Assembly: GCA_964443875.1 (NCBI GenBank)
Contig: CAYUET010000010.1
Location: 11,046 to 75,045 of the forward strand
Source of the DNA: an uncultured bacterium
Lineage (GTDB): Bacteria > Auribacterota > JAFGBW01
Reading direction: 5' to 3'
DNA: 64,000 nt
Below, piece after piece: positions 49,546 through 57,706 of the stretch. Every line of letters starts with the position of its first letter. The stretch's first letter is position 1. Below the pieces are notes generated by a model. That model had not been told where the DNA came from, ran no database searches, and worked only from the letters and a program-made list of their open reading frames with translations. A program made the translations under genes and the position numbers.

Positions 49546-49598
49546 AATACTAAACAGATAGAGTTAATATATAAATTGAATGGAAGGAAAAATTAAAC

Positions 49599-50897
49599 AT
49601 GAGCAACATTTTAAAAGCAGAAACGATCTTATTGCATGGAGGACAGGAAGCGGATCCTACAACAGGTTCAAGGGCGGTCCCGATTTACCAGACCACTTCT
49701 TACCAGTTTAAAAACACTGACCATGCGGCCAATCTTTTCGGGTTAAAGGAATTCGGGAATATTTACACCCGGTTAATGAACCCGACGTCTGATGTATTTG
49801 AAAATAGGATTGCCTTGCTTGAAGGCGGAGTAGGGGCACTGGCTGTATCTTCCGGATCCTCAGCAATTACCTTGGCGATTTTGAATATTGCCCAGGCAGG
49901 GGATGAAATTATTTCTTTTGATAATCTTTACGGCGGAACTTACAACCTTTTTCACTACACCCTTCCCAAACTGGGGATAAAGGTCGTGTTTGTCGATTCT
50001 TCAGATGATTCACAGATAGAAAAGGCAGTAACTTCAAAAACAAAGGCTGTTTATGCTGAAAGTCTTGGAAATCCAAAACTGAATGTGACAGATCTGGAAG
50101 CAGTATCAAAAATTGCCCACAAGCATAATCTGCCTTTTATTTTGGACAACACGGTAAGCCCTTACCTGCTCCGTCCTTTTGATCATGGTGTGGATATCAT
50201 CGCCTATTCCGCAACAAAGTTTATCGGGGGTCATGGGACTTCGCTTGGCGGCGTGATTGTGGATTCGGGGAAATTTGACTGGACCGTAAAGGAAAATGGG
50301 AAAAGCAAATTTCCTCTGATTGCGGATCCTGATCCAAGCTATCATGGAATCAATTTTGTGGAAGCTCTCAAGCCTCTCGGGAATATCGCTTACATCATTA
50401 AGGCAAGAGTAACTCTTTTAAGAGATATAGGTCCGGCCCTTTCCCCGTTCAATTCCTTTCTTTTTATTCAGGGACTTGAAACCCTGCATTTGAGAATTAT
50501 CCGTCATTCAGAAAACGCACTGGCAACAGCAAAATATCTGCAGAAGCATCCCAAGGTGGCCTGGGTGAATTATCCCGGACTTGAAAATAGCCCGGAAAAG
50601 AAGAAAGCGGATAAATATCTCACGAAAGGAGCTGGTGCAATTCTGGGATTCGGAGTAAAGGGCGGATTTGAAGCAGGGAAGAAATTTATTAATAACCTTA
50701 AGCTTGTTTCTCACCTTGCCAATGTCGGGGATGCTAAATCTCTGGCCATTCATCCGGCCAGCACGACACATTCTCAGCTCTCTGAAAAGGAACAGGAGTC
50801 TACCGGGGTAACCCAGGATTATATCCGTCTTTCCATCGGTATTGAGAATATTGAAGATATCCTGGCAGATATTGGACAGGCTCTGGCTAAAATCTGA
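49599..50897 (+). CDS. metY: O-acetylhomoserine sulfhydrylase (aminocarboxypropyltransferase)
   Basis: This is a Cys/Met-metabolism PLP enzyme. [10 protein letters not shown] provides the PLP lysine. The N-terminus ETILLHGG and the 432 aa length also fit. Confidence 0.9.
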   Translation: MSNILKAETILLHGGQEADPTTGSRAVPIYQTTSYQFKNTDHAANLFGLKEFGNIYTRLMNPTSDVFENRIALLEGGVGALAVSSGSSAITLAILNIAQAGDEIISFDNLYGGTYNLFHYTLPKLGIKVVFVDSSDDSQIEKAVTSKTKAVYAESLGNPKLNVTDLEAVSKIAHKHNLPFILDNTVSPYLLRPFDHGVDIIAYSATKFIGGHGTSLGGVIVDSGKFDWTVKENGKSKFPLIADPDPSYHGINFVEALKPLGNIAYIIKARVTLLRDIGPALSPFNSFLFIQGLETLHLRIIRHSENALATAKYLQKHPKVAWVNYPGLENSPEKKKADKYLTKGAGAILGFGVKGGFEAGKKFINNLKLVSHLANVGDAKSLAIHPASTTHSQLSEKEQESTGVTQDYIRLSIGIENIEDILADIGQALAKI

Positions 50898-50992
50898 GCA
50901 TAAGCTTAAGGAATGAAATCGAATAGAAAATAGGAGAAGAGTGAAATGAAGTTGTTGAAGTTTATCTTAGAATAAGTTAAGCATAAGCCATT

Positions 50993-51433
50993 ATGAAAAT
51001 AACATTTAAAGGCGACTACGCGTTAAAAACAGTTCTGGATATTGCCCTTAACTACAATGGTGAGCTGGCAACGATTCCGGATATGTCTAAACGTCTGGAT
51101 ATTCCCAAAAAATTTCTGGAGCAGATTCTTCTGGATCTTAAAAAAGGGGGATTTGTCAACAGCAAGAGGGGCAAGGAAGGTGGATTCTATCTGGCCAAGC
51201 CTCCTGCGGAAATCAGGCTTGGGGATGTGGTTCGTTTTATCGACGGCCCTATTGAGCCCATCGGATGCGTGAAAGACTGCTATAAGGAATGCAGGGATCT
51301 TGACCGTTGTGTATTCAGGAACATATGGAGAAAGGCCTCAGATGCCCTTACGGAAATTGTGGATAATGTAACTCTTGAAGATCTCGTCAAAGACGTTAAC
51401 CGCGGCAAAGATGCTCTCAATTACTGTATCTGA
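50993..51433 (+). CDS. Rrf2 family transcriptional regulator
   Basis: The wHTH region is IPKKFLEQILLDLKKGGFV.SKRG..GG, and C-terminal Cys residues (C..C....C) could bind a cluster. Confidence 0.85.
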   Translation: MKITFKGDYALKTVLDIALNYNGELATIPDMSKRLDIPKKFLEQILLDLKKGGFVNSKRGKEGGFYLAKPPAEIRLGDVVRFIDGPIEPIGCVKDCYKECRDLDRCVFRNIWRKASDALTEIVDNVTLEDLVKDVNRGKDALNYCI

Positions 51434-51575
51434 AGCCCAATAGATCATTCTGCAATGAAATCCTTCAGGCCTAAAAAATTATATTTTTTAAGCCTGAAGC
51501 ACGTTTAAGGATTTGACAAAAATCTTCTCTTGGATCATAAGTATCTAACGTTAAAAAAAGGATGCTGAATATCTT

Positions 51576-51941
51576 ATGAGAGTCAGAGGATTAAGGGGCG
51601 CCATTACGGTGGCGGAGAATTCAAAAGAAGCGATTCTGGAAGGTGCTTCCCTGCTTTTAAAAACCCTGATCGAGGAAAATGACGTTCCCCTGGAGGAAAT
51701 CTGTTCTGTTTTTTTTACAGTTACCCCTGATCTCACCAAGGAGTTTCCGGCAAAAGGCGCTCGACAGATGGGTTTTGAAAATACACCTCTGATCTGCATG
51801 ACGGAGATTCCCGTGGAAGGGGCTCTCGAAAAGTGCATTCGCATTCTTATTCATTATAATACGGAAAAGCTTCAGAAAGAGATCAGACCTGTTTATCTGA
51901 GAAATGCTGTAAAATTACGACCCGATCTCAAAAACGACTGA
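51576..51941 (+). CDS. aroH: Chorismate mutase, AroH class
   Basis: MRVRGLRGAITV..., FFTVTPDL..FPAK and RILIHYN closely parallel B. subtilis AroH. Confidence 0.85.
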   Translation: MRVRGLRGAITVAENSKEAILEGASLLLKTLIEENDVPLEEICSVFFTVTPDLTKEFPAKGARQMGFENTPLICMTEIPVEGALEKCIRILIHYNTEKLQKEIRPVYLRNAVKLRPDLKND

Positions 51942-52810
51942 TGCATCTTTTTTCACCGGCAAAAATTAATCTTTATCTCGATATTCTGCATAAGAGAACG
52001 GACGGATTTCATGAACTGGTGACCCTGATGCATGCTTTGAATTTCGGGGATGATCTTGAGCTTACCTTTAATGATTCCGGAAAGATTATCCTGAAGTCCG
52101 ACCACCCCTCCCTCCCTCTGGACAGTACCAATTTAATCTGGAAAGCCATCGATCTTTATTACAGACTTTCCGGAGTCCCGTTTAAAGGGATAGAAGTTTT
52201 TATAGATAAAAAAATTCCCATTGCCGCAGGGCTTGGGGGAGGTAGTTCAAATGCTGTCACCGTATTGAGGGCTCTGGATCAGCACCATGGAAATATCATG
52301 GGGATTGAAAAACTGGAGGTTCTGGCCTCTCTTCTGGGCTCGGATACGGTTTTTTTTCTGGATCCTGGAACCTGGGTATGCGGAGGCAGGGGGGAAAAGA
52401 GAATCAAGAAGTTTAAGAGTCAGGAATGGCATTTTGTTCTGATCTTTCCACCCTTTGGCTGTTCAACTCCTAAGGTCTATTCCCAGTATATTTTAAACTT
52501 GACAAACCGCCCTCCAGAAAATAGCTTACAAACACTAGAATCCACCCTGGCGACTGGGAAAGTCAAGGAACTTGGCGCTCTCGTATATAACAGCTTACAG
52601 GATGCAGCATTTAAGAGTTATCCGGAGCTATGGACGCTGGCCCTGGAAATGGAACAAAAGACCCGTGAAAAGGTTTTTCTGTCTGGTTCAGGTTCAACCC
52701 TTTTTATGGTGTTTGACCGCAGGGAAAAGGCTTTGACTATGAAAGAGAGGCTGGAGTCGGATTTCGAAAAAAATGCTTACGCCGTGGCGCAGACATGGAT
52801 GGTACAATAA
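51941..52810 (+). CDS. ispE: 4-diphosphocytidyl-2-C-methyl-D-erythritol kinase
   Basis: PAKINL.L, the GHMP motif IPIAAGLGGGSSNA and SGSGST are present. Confidence 0.9.
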   Translation: MHLFSPAKINLYLDILHKRTDGFHELVTLMHALNFGDDLELTFNDSGKIILKSDHPSLPLDSTNLIWKAIDLYYRLSGVPFKGIEVFIDKKIPIAAGLGGGSSNAVTVLRALDQHHGNIMGIEKLEVLASLLGSDTVFFLDPGTWVCGGRGEKRIKKFKSQEWHFVLIFPPFGCSTPKVYSQYILNLTNRPPENSLQTLESTLATGKVKELGALVYNSLQDAAFKSYPELWTLALEMEQKTREKVFLSGSGSTLFMVFDRREKALTMKERLESDFEKNAYAVAQTWMVQ

Positions 52811-52844
52811 TAAACGTTGCTCGATTGGAAAGTGAGGAGAAAGC

Positions 52845-53405
52845 ATGGAAATTACTGAAGTAAGAATCAGTCGCAGAACTGAAGAAGAGGGAAAACTGAA
52901 GGGTTATGCAGCAGTCACGTTTGATGATGTTTTTGTGGTTCGCGATCTGAAAATCATCGAAGGAAAAAAGGGACTTTTTGTTGCCATGCCCAGTCAAAAA
53001 ATTCAGGCTCCCTGCCCGAAGTGCAAGAAGAAGAATGCAATACGGAGCAAATTCTGCAATGATTGCGGAGTGAAGCTTCCCCAGAAAGAAAAAACACGCC
53101 GTGAACTTCACAGGGATATTGCACATCCGGTCAATTCGGATATGCGCTCCTATCTTCAAAAGGTCATCATTGAAGCTTACCAGGCTAATGATACCAAGCC
53201 TTATGATGAAAATGAGGGTTATAGGGAGATCTCGGAAGATCAGGATGCTTCGATTGAAGAGAGCCGTGAAATCAGAGTGGAAAAATCTGTACAGCCGGAC
53301 GATTATCTTTCCACCCCTTCTCTTGCTCTGGGGGAAAGATCCTCCAAGGCTGAATATTCCGATGAAGAATCCAGTGAAATTCTGGATACCATTGAAAGAA
53401 AATAA
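52845..53405 (+). CDS. spoVG: SpoVG family protein with an inserted CxxC-10-CxxC zinc ribbon and an acidic C-terminal tail
   Basis: MEITEVRI...KLKGYAAVTFDDVFVVRDLKIIEGKKGLFVAMPS and RDIAHPVNSDMR are the SpoVG core. CPKCKKKNAIRSKFCNDCG lies between them. Confidence 0.8.
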   Translation: MEITEVRISRRTEEEGKLKGYAAVTFDDVFVVRDLKIIEGKKGLFVAMPSQKIQAPCPKCKKKNAIRSKFCNDCGVKLPQKEKTRRELHRDIAHPVNSDMRSYLQKVIIEAYQANDTKPYDENEGYREISEDQDASIEESREIRVEKSVQPDDYLSTPSLALGERSSKAEYSDEESSEILDTIERK

Positions 53406-53418
53406 GCACTCTTTTTAT

Positions 53419-53492
53419 TGGGGTGTCGTCAAGCGGTAAGACTCGGGTTTTTGGAGCCCGCATTCCTAGGTTCGAATCCTAGCACCCCAGCC
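53419..53492 (+). tRNA. tRNA-Gln (anticodon TTG)
   Basis: TGGGGTGTCGTCAAGCGGTAAG... closely parallels E. coli tRNA-Gln. The anticodon stem CGGGT/GCCCG carries loop TTTTGGA. The T arm is CTAGG-TTCGAAT-CCTAG. Confidence 0.9.
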
Positions 53493-53500
53493 TATCCCTT

Positions 53501-53536
53501 ATCCTGACTTTTATTTTGAAAGTCAGGATTTTTTTG
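53501..53536 (+). terminator. Rho-independent terminator after tRNA-Gln
   Basis: A perfect 11 bp stem pairs ATCCTGACTTT with AAAGTCAGGAT and is followed by TTTTTTT. Confidence 0.8.
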
Positions 53537-53623
53537 TCCTTCGGCACCATTTTTGCAGTTTCTGTTGTCATGGAGGATGTTCTCCATTATGATTTATCTC
53601 TACATATAAAGGAATGCAACAGA

Positions 53624-55024
53624 ATGAAACTGCATATCAAGCTGATTTTAATTTACGCTCTGGTTTTTATTGCCACTCTGGCCATTATAGTATTCTCTGA
53701 TCTTAAGGCTTTTAAAGCTCTGGAGAGAAATGTTCTGACCGGCATTCAGAGGGCCGGAGAATCGGTTCATAATTCCACACGGCGGATGGTGCTTCAGGGA
53801 CTTGACAAGTCTTATGCGGAAGATTTAGGCTTTGACTGGGTTTCGCCTTTGTTGCTTCCGGAAAAAGAGAAAACAAAAGAGAATATACTTCTAAAGGATC
53901 CTTCCGAGGGCTGGGAAAAAAACATCCTGGTTCGAGAAGTATTGAAATTTCGGGTTTTAAACCCGGATCAGCCCCGGATTCAATATGAAATCTGCATTCC
54001 CATGATCAAAAATAAAAGGCTTGCAGATCAGTTTCAGACGACGACCTTTGAAATAGATGATTTTAAACAGCTTTTAAGCCGGACGCTGATCCGGCATCTT
54101 CTGATTTCTTCTTTATGTTTGATTGCCGGCATGCTCATCATTTATTTACTCATCCGGCATTTTAACCGTCCTTTGGCCAGGCTTACTGAAGCGGCAAAGG
54201 AGGTTTCCAAAGGGAATTTTGCCGTGGAGGTTCAGACAGAGGACCGGGATGAAATAGGAGCGCTTTCAAAAACTTTCACCATGATGGCAGGAAAAATTTC
54301 AGAGCACCGGCAGATGGAGGCCAAGATCCAGGAGCTGGAGAGGAAAAGCCTTCTTTCGGAAATATCGGCCAGCCTCGCGCATGAAGTCCGCAATCCCCTG
54401 AATCTCATTAATCTTACAGCCGACCATCTGCTTACGCAATACGCCCCTGAAGATCCGGACAAAAAAGAAGGGTATCAGGAGTTTGTTCAGTCATTGAAAG
54501 TACAGGTGGAGCATTTAAACCGCATGGTTGAGGCCATGCTGGCCATGGGCAAACCACCGAAACTTCAATCCACTGTTTTTGATTTAAAGGATGTTCTGGA
54601 GGATCTTTATATTCTTCTCCGTCATAAACTGGAATCCAGAAAAATTCAGATTGAGTTTCCCAGGGAAGAAAACTATTCTTTTTTCGGGGACTGTGAACAG
54701 CTTCGTCTGGTCTTTCTGAATCTTATTTTAAATTCGGTTCAGGCCATGCAGAACAATGGAATAATTTATATCCGTTTTGAAAAGCGTTTGACGGAGCAGG
54801 TGATGCTTTTGTATGTAAGGGATACAGGGCCCGGGATTCCTGAAGAACATTTTACAAAAATTTTTGATCCCTATTTTACGACGAGGCCCGATGGTACAGG
54901 ACTTGGGCTTGCTCTGGTCCGCAGAATTGTAGAAGAGCATGACGGCCGCATTTTTGCCCGCAATCATGAAGAAGGGGGCGCGGAATTTATTCTCCAGTTT
55001 CCCTTAGAAAGGATGAGATCATGA
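53624..55024 (+). CDS. Membrane sensor histidine kinase (TM-periplasmic loop-TM-HAMP-HisKA-HATPase), NtrB/AtoS-like
   Basis: I prefer the start MKLHIKLILIYALVFIATLAI (ATG 53624). The HAMP region is FNRPLARLTEAAKEVSKGNF, the H-box is SASLAHEVRNPL, and the G boxes are DTGPGI and GTGLGL. Confidence 0.85.
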   Translation: MKLHIKLILIYALVFIATLAIIVFSDLKAFKALERNVLTGIQRAGESVHNSTRRMVLQGLDKSYAEDLGFDWVSPLLLPEKEKTKENILLKDPSEGWEKNILVREVLKFRVLNPDQPRIQYEICIPMIKNKRLADQFQTTTFEIDDFKQLLSRTLIRHLLISSLCLIAGMLIIYLLIRHFNRPLARLTEAAKEVSKGNFAVEVQTEDRDEIGALSKTFTMMAGKISEHRQMEAKIQELERKSLLSEISASLAHEVRNPLNLINLTADHLLTQYAPEDPDKKEGYQEFVQSLKVQVEHLNRMVEAMLAMGKPPKLQSTVFDLKDVLEDLYILLRHKLESRKIQIEFPREENYSFFGDCEQLRLVFLNLILNSVQAMQNNGIIYIRFEKRLTEQVMLLYVRDTGPGIPEEHFTKIFDPYFTTRPDGTGLGLALVRRIVEEHDGRIFARNHEEGGAEFILQFPLERMRS

Positions 55025-56373
55025 GTTCGGTTTTAGTGGTGGATGATCAGCAGGCGCAGTGCAGGATTATTTCGAGCATTCTGAAAAGCGCAGGCCATGA
55101 TGTTACTCTGGCTAACAGCGTGGAAGAGGCAATGAAACGCCTGAACGCATCGGAAATGGATGTCATCCTCACGGATCTGAGTATGCCCGGGCAATCCGGC
55201 ATTGATCTTATTGAAAAGGTAAATGCCCGGTCTGAACCTCCGGAAGTCATTGTCATGACGGCTTACGCCTCCATAGAAACTGCGGTGAAGGCCATAAGAC
55301 TTGGGGCTTATGATTATCTGACCAAACCTCTCGATCAGGCAAAGCTTTTAAAAATTCTCGATCAGGCGATTCAGAAAAAGAATTCAAAAAAAGAAAGTCT
55401 TCCTTTCCGCTCAGAGATGAAGGTTCAGCTCAAAGCGGATCTGGTTTCTCAGTCCCCTGCCATGAAGAGTATCCTGGACATGCTGCCGCGGATTGCAGCC
55501 AGTGATTCCACGGTTTTAATCCGGGGGGAATCCGGAACCGGGAAGGAAAAGATTGCACGGGCGATTCATCTTCTGAGCACCCGGGGGAACCGCACCATGC
55601 AGGCGGTTAATTGTGCGGCTTTCCCGGAAAGCCTTCTGGAATCCGAGCTTTTCGGATATGAGAAAGGGGCGTTTACCGGCGCTCAGAGTCGTAAAACCGG
55701 GATCATTGAAGCCGCCTCTCAAAGCACGCTTTTTCTGGATGAAGTGGCGGATATGCCGCCCAGCCTTCAGGTGAAGCTTTTGCGGGTGCTTCAGGAAAAA
55801 GAGATCCGGCGTCTTGGAAGCACGGAGAATCTTCAGGTGGATTTCAGGCTGGTCACAGCCACCAACAGGTCTCTGGAGGAACTCATCAAAAACGGAATTT
55901 TCAGGGAAGACCTTTATTACCGGTTAAACGTAATTCCCATTCTTTTACCTCCTCTGCGGGAACGCAGGGAAGACATTGTGCCTTTGATTGAATATTTTCT
56001 GGTTAAAAAAAGACTTCAGAAATCCTTTTCAGAAGAGGCTCTGGAAATTTTATCTCGTTATTCCTGGCCCGGCAATGTACGTGAGCTTGAAGCCCTGGTG
56101 GAGCGTCTTGCCGTCTTATGCCCTTCACAAAAAATAGGACTTAAAGATCTGCCGCCTGAACTCCTCTCTGAACATCCGTCTAAAACAGGTTCCGGCCAGT
56201 TTCTTCTAGGAGAGCAGGGGGTCCAGTTTGATGATCTTGAAAAACAGATTCTTGTACAGGCTCTTCAAAGATCAAATGGAGTCATGGCGGACGCTGCCAA
56301 GCTTTTAGGTATGACTTACCGGACCTTTCAATACCGCGCACAAAAATTCGGAATCCGCGAAGCTAAGAATTAA
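55021..56373 (+). CDS. Sigma-54-dependent response regulator (NtrC/AtoC family)
   Basis: A REC domain is followed by AAA+ motifs GESGTGKE, ESELFGYEKGAFTGA and LDEV, and a Fis-type HTH at the C-terminus. It has an ATGA overlap with the kinase stop. Confidence 0.9.
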   Translation: MSSVLVVDDQQAQCRIISSILKSAGHDVTLANSVEEAMKRLNASEMDVILTDLSMPGQSGIDLIEKVNARSEPPEVIVMTAYASIETAVKAIRLGAYDYLTKPLDQAKLLKILDQAIQKKNSKKESLPFRSEMKVQLKADLVSQSPAMKSILDMLPRIAASDSTVLIRGESGTGKEKIARAIHLLSTRGNRTMQAVNCAAFPESLLESELFGYEKGAFTGAQSRKTGIIEAASQSTLFLDEVADMPPSLQVKLLRVLQEKEIRRLGSTENLQVDFRLVTATNRSLEELIKNGIFREDLYYRLNVIPILLPPLRERREDIVPLIEYFLVKKRLQKSFSEEALEILSRYSWPGNVRELEALVERLAVLCPSQKIGLKDLPPELLSEHPSKTGSGQFLLGEQGVQFDDLEKQILVQALQRSNGVMADAAKLLGMTYRTFQYRAQKFGIREAKN

Positions 56374-56624
56374 CGACCCGAATTTTGCACACAGTGTCAG
56401 CTATTCGGGGGCAAGTCCGGCTTTGCGTAAAAAGTAATTTCTGCTCCGGAATATAACGGATTATTTTTCTGCAAGAGTGAGGTTAACGTTTTCGGTTATC
56501 CTCATAACCCAAATCGTATATTTTTGAAGCCTCTGTTGCTCCTGTTTTTTATTTTAAATTCTTTCCGTTTTGTAATTCATTTAAAATCAGGTTATTGCAT
56601 TATTTTTTATAATTATGAGTAGGT

Positions 56625-56641
56625 TGGCACAAAACCTGAAT
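56625..56641 (+). promoter_or_regulatory. Candidate sigma-54 (-24/-12) promoter: TGGCAC-N5-CTGAA
   Basis: The -24 element is a perfect TGGCAC at 56625-30. The -12 element is degenerate (CTGA where TTGC is expected). It lies 250 nt after the enhancer-binding-protein gene and 225 nt before hsp20. Confidence 0.3.
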
Positions 56642-56714
56642 ATGAAAATATCCTGTAAACGATGAATGAGACAGAAGAAAAAGATCAACACCAAGCAACA
56701 AATGGAGGGTTAAG

Positions 56715-56822
56715 ATGAGAAGAACGGATAAATGCGAAAAGAGTTTTAATAAGGGCGGTTTTTTTTACAAGCTTAGGTTCTTTAGAAAAAGAAGGTGCCA
56801 GGAAAGACGTTGTGAACGCTGA
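56715..56822 (+). CDS. Candidate 35 aa highly basic Cys-containing small ORF (below the ORF-track cutoff)
   Basis: GGAGGG lies 5 nt upstream of the ATG. The product reads MRRTDKCEKSFNKGGFFYKLRFFRKRRCQERRCER. Confidence 0.25.
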   Translation: MRRTDKCEKSFNKGGFFYKLRFFRKRRCQERRCER

Positions 56823-56864
56823 AATAAATTAACGCATCAAAGAGAAGACAAAGGAGAAAACATC

Positions 56865-57458
56865 ATGAAGATACAATCAAAATATTATTACGCTGGACTT
56901 GTTCTTTTAACCGGTATGTTCGGTATCCAGTACCTTTTCAGCGCTCCGGCAGAAGAACAGAAAGGAAAAATTGAAGAGGCTATTCAAATGAAAGGGCAGG
57001 AGGATGATTTTTTCTGTGACAGGGATTTTATCTCCTTTTCTGATTTACGGCCCATGAATGAGGCTGTTGCGAGATTTTTTGTCAATCCCTACGGGGGCAT
57101 GCCGTGCAGAAGTCAGAAGGGAGGTTATTCCTATCTGCCTTCTATGGATATGCAGGAAACAGCAAAAGAGTACGTCATCCGTCTGGATGTCCCCGGAATT
57201 GACAAAAAGGATCTGCAGATTGAATTCGAAGGAAAAGGGCTGATCATACACGGAAAAAAATCCTCGGAGTTGAGTGAAAAGGAAAAGGGAAAAGTGATAC
57301 GGCAGGAAAGAAATTACGGCGAATTCGCCAGGAAAATTGTTTTGCCCTCACCTGTCAAAAAGAAGGAAGCAAAAGCCAGCTGTGATAAAGGGGTTCTTAC
57401 CATCAGGGTTCCCAAGGCAGACAGGCCTGTTGAAGATGTGGTGATTCCGATCGTATAG
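56865..57458 (+). CDS. Hsp20/alpha-crystallin small heat-shock protein with an N-terminal signal/anchor sequence
   Basis: The ACD core is PSMDMQETAKEYVIRLDVPGIDKKDLQIEF...GEFARKIVLP...GVLTIRVPK. The N-terminus is MKIQSKYYYAGLVLLTGMFGIQYLFSA/PAEE. Confidence 0.85.
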   Translation: MKIQSKYYYAGLVLLTGMFGIQYLFSAPAEEQKGKIEEAIQMKGQEDDFFCDRDFISFSDLRPMNEAVARFFVNPYGGMPCRSQKGGYSYLPSMDMQETAKEYVIRLDVPGIDKKDLQIEFEGKGLIIHGKKSSELSEKEKGKVIRQERNYGEFARKIVLPSPVKKKEAKASCDKGVLTIRVPKADRPVEDVVIPIV

Positions 57459-57607
57459 AAAGAATCCTCTGCCTCCGCTTTCCCTTAAACGAGCCGGCAT
57501 CGGGAGTAAGCTTAATGGACAGACAACAAAAGGATGCCAGGGGAAGCGGAGGTTTCTTAATGAGATCTGAAAAGTTGGAATACGTAATTTTATCTTTTTT
57601 GTTCAGG

Positions 57608-57640
57608 TATCCCGGAACTTGATTCCGGGATATCTGTTTT
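57608..57640 (+). terminator. Candidate terminator (10 bp perfect stem TATCCCGGAA/TTCCGGGATA followed by a T-rich tail)
   Basis: The stem spans 57608-57632 and is followed by TCTGTTTTAT. Confidence 0.4.
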
Positions 57641-57706
57641 ATCAAACAGAAACCTTCGCCTTTGTTTAGTGGAATGATGAAATTATCCGGATATTATAGA
57701 TGAGGC

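Noticed and set aside
49440-49598. S-box (SAM-I) or SAM-II riboswitch upstream of metY.
   Set aside because: No GAGGGA...GCCC, kink-turn or AAAGCU-type cores are visible. Only a promoter-like element and an AT-rich leader are present.
56374-56700. RNase P RNA or another large structured RNA, suggested by GGCAAGTCCGGC at about 56409-56420.
   Set aside because: This only loosely resembles the GAGGAAAGUCCGGGC box. The other universally conserved RNase P regions (ACAGAAA, GGTAAGAGCGCACC-like) are absent.
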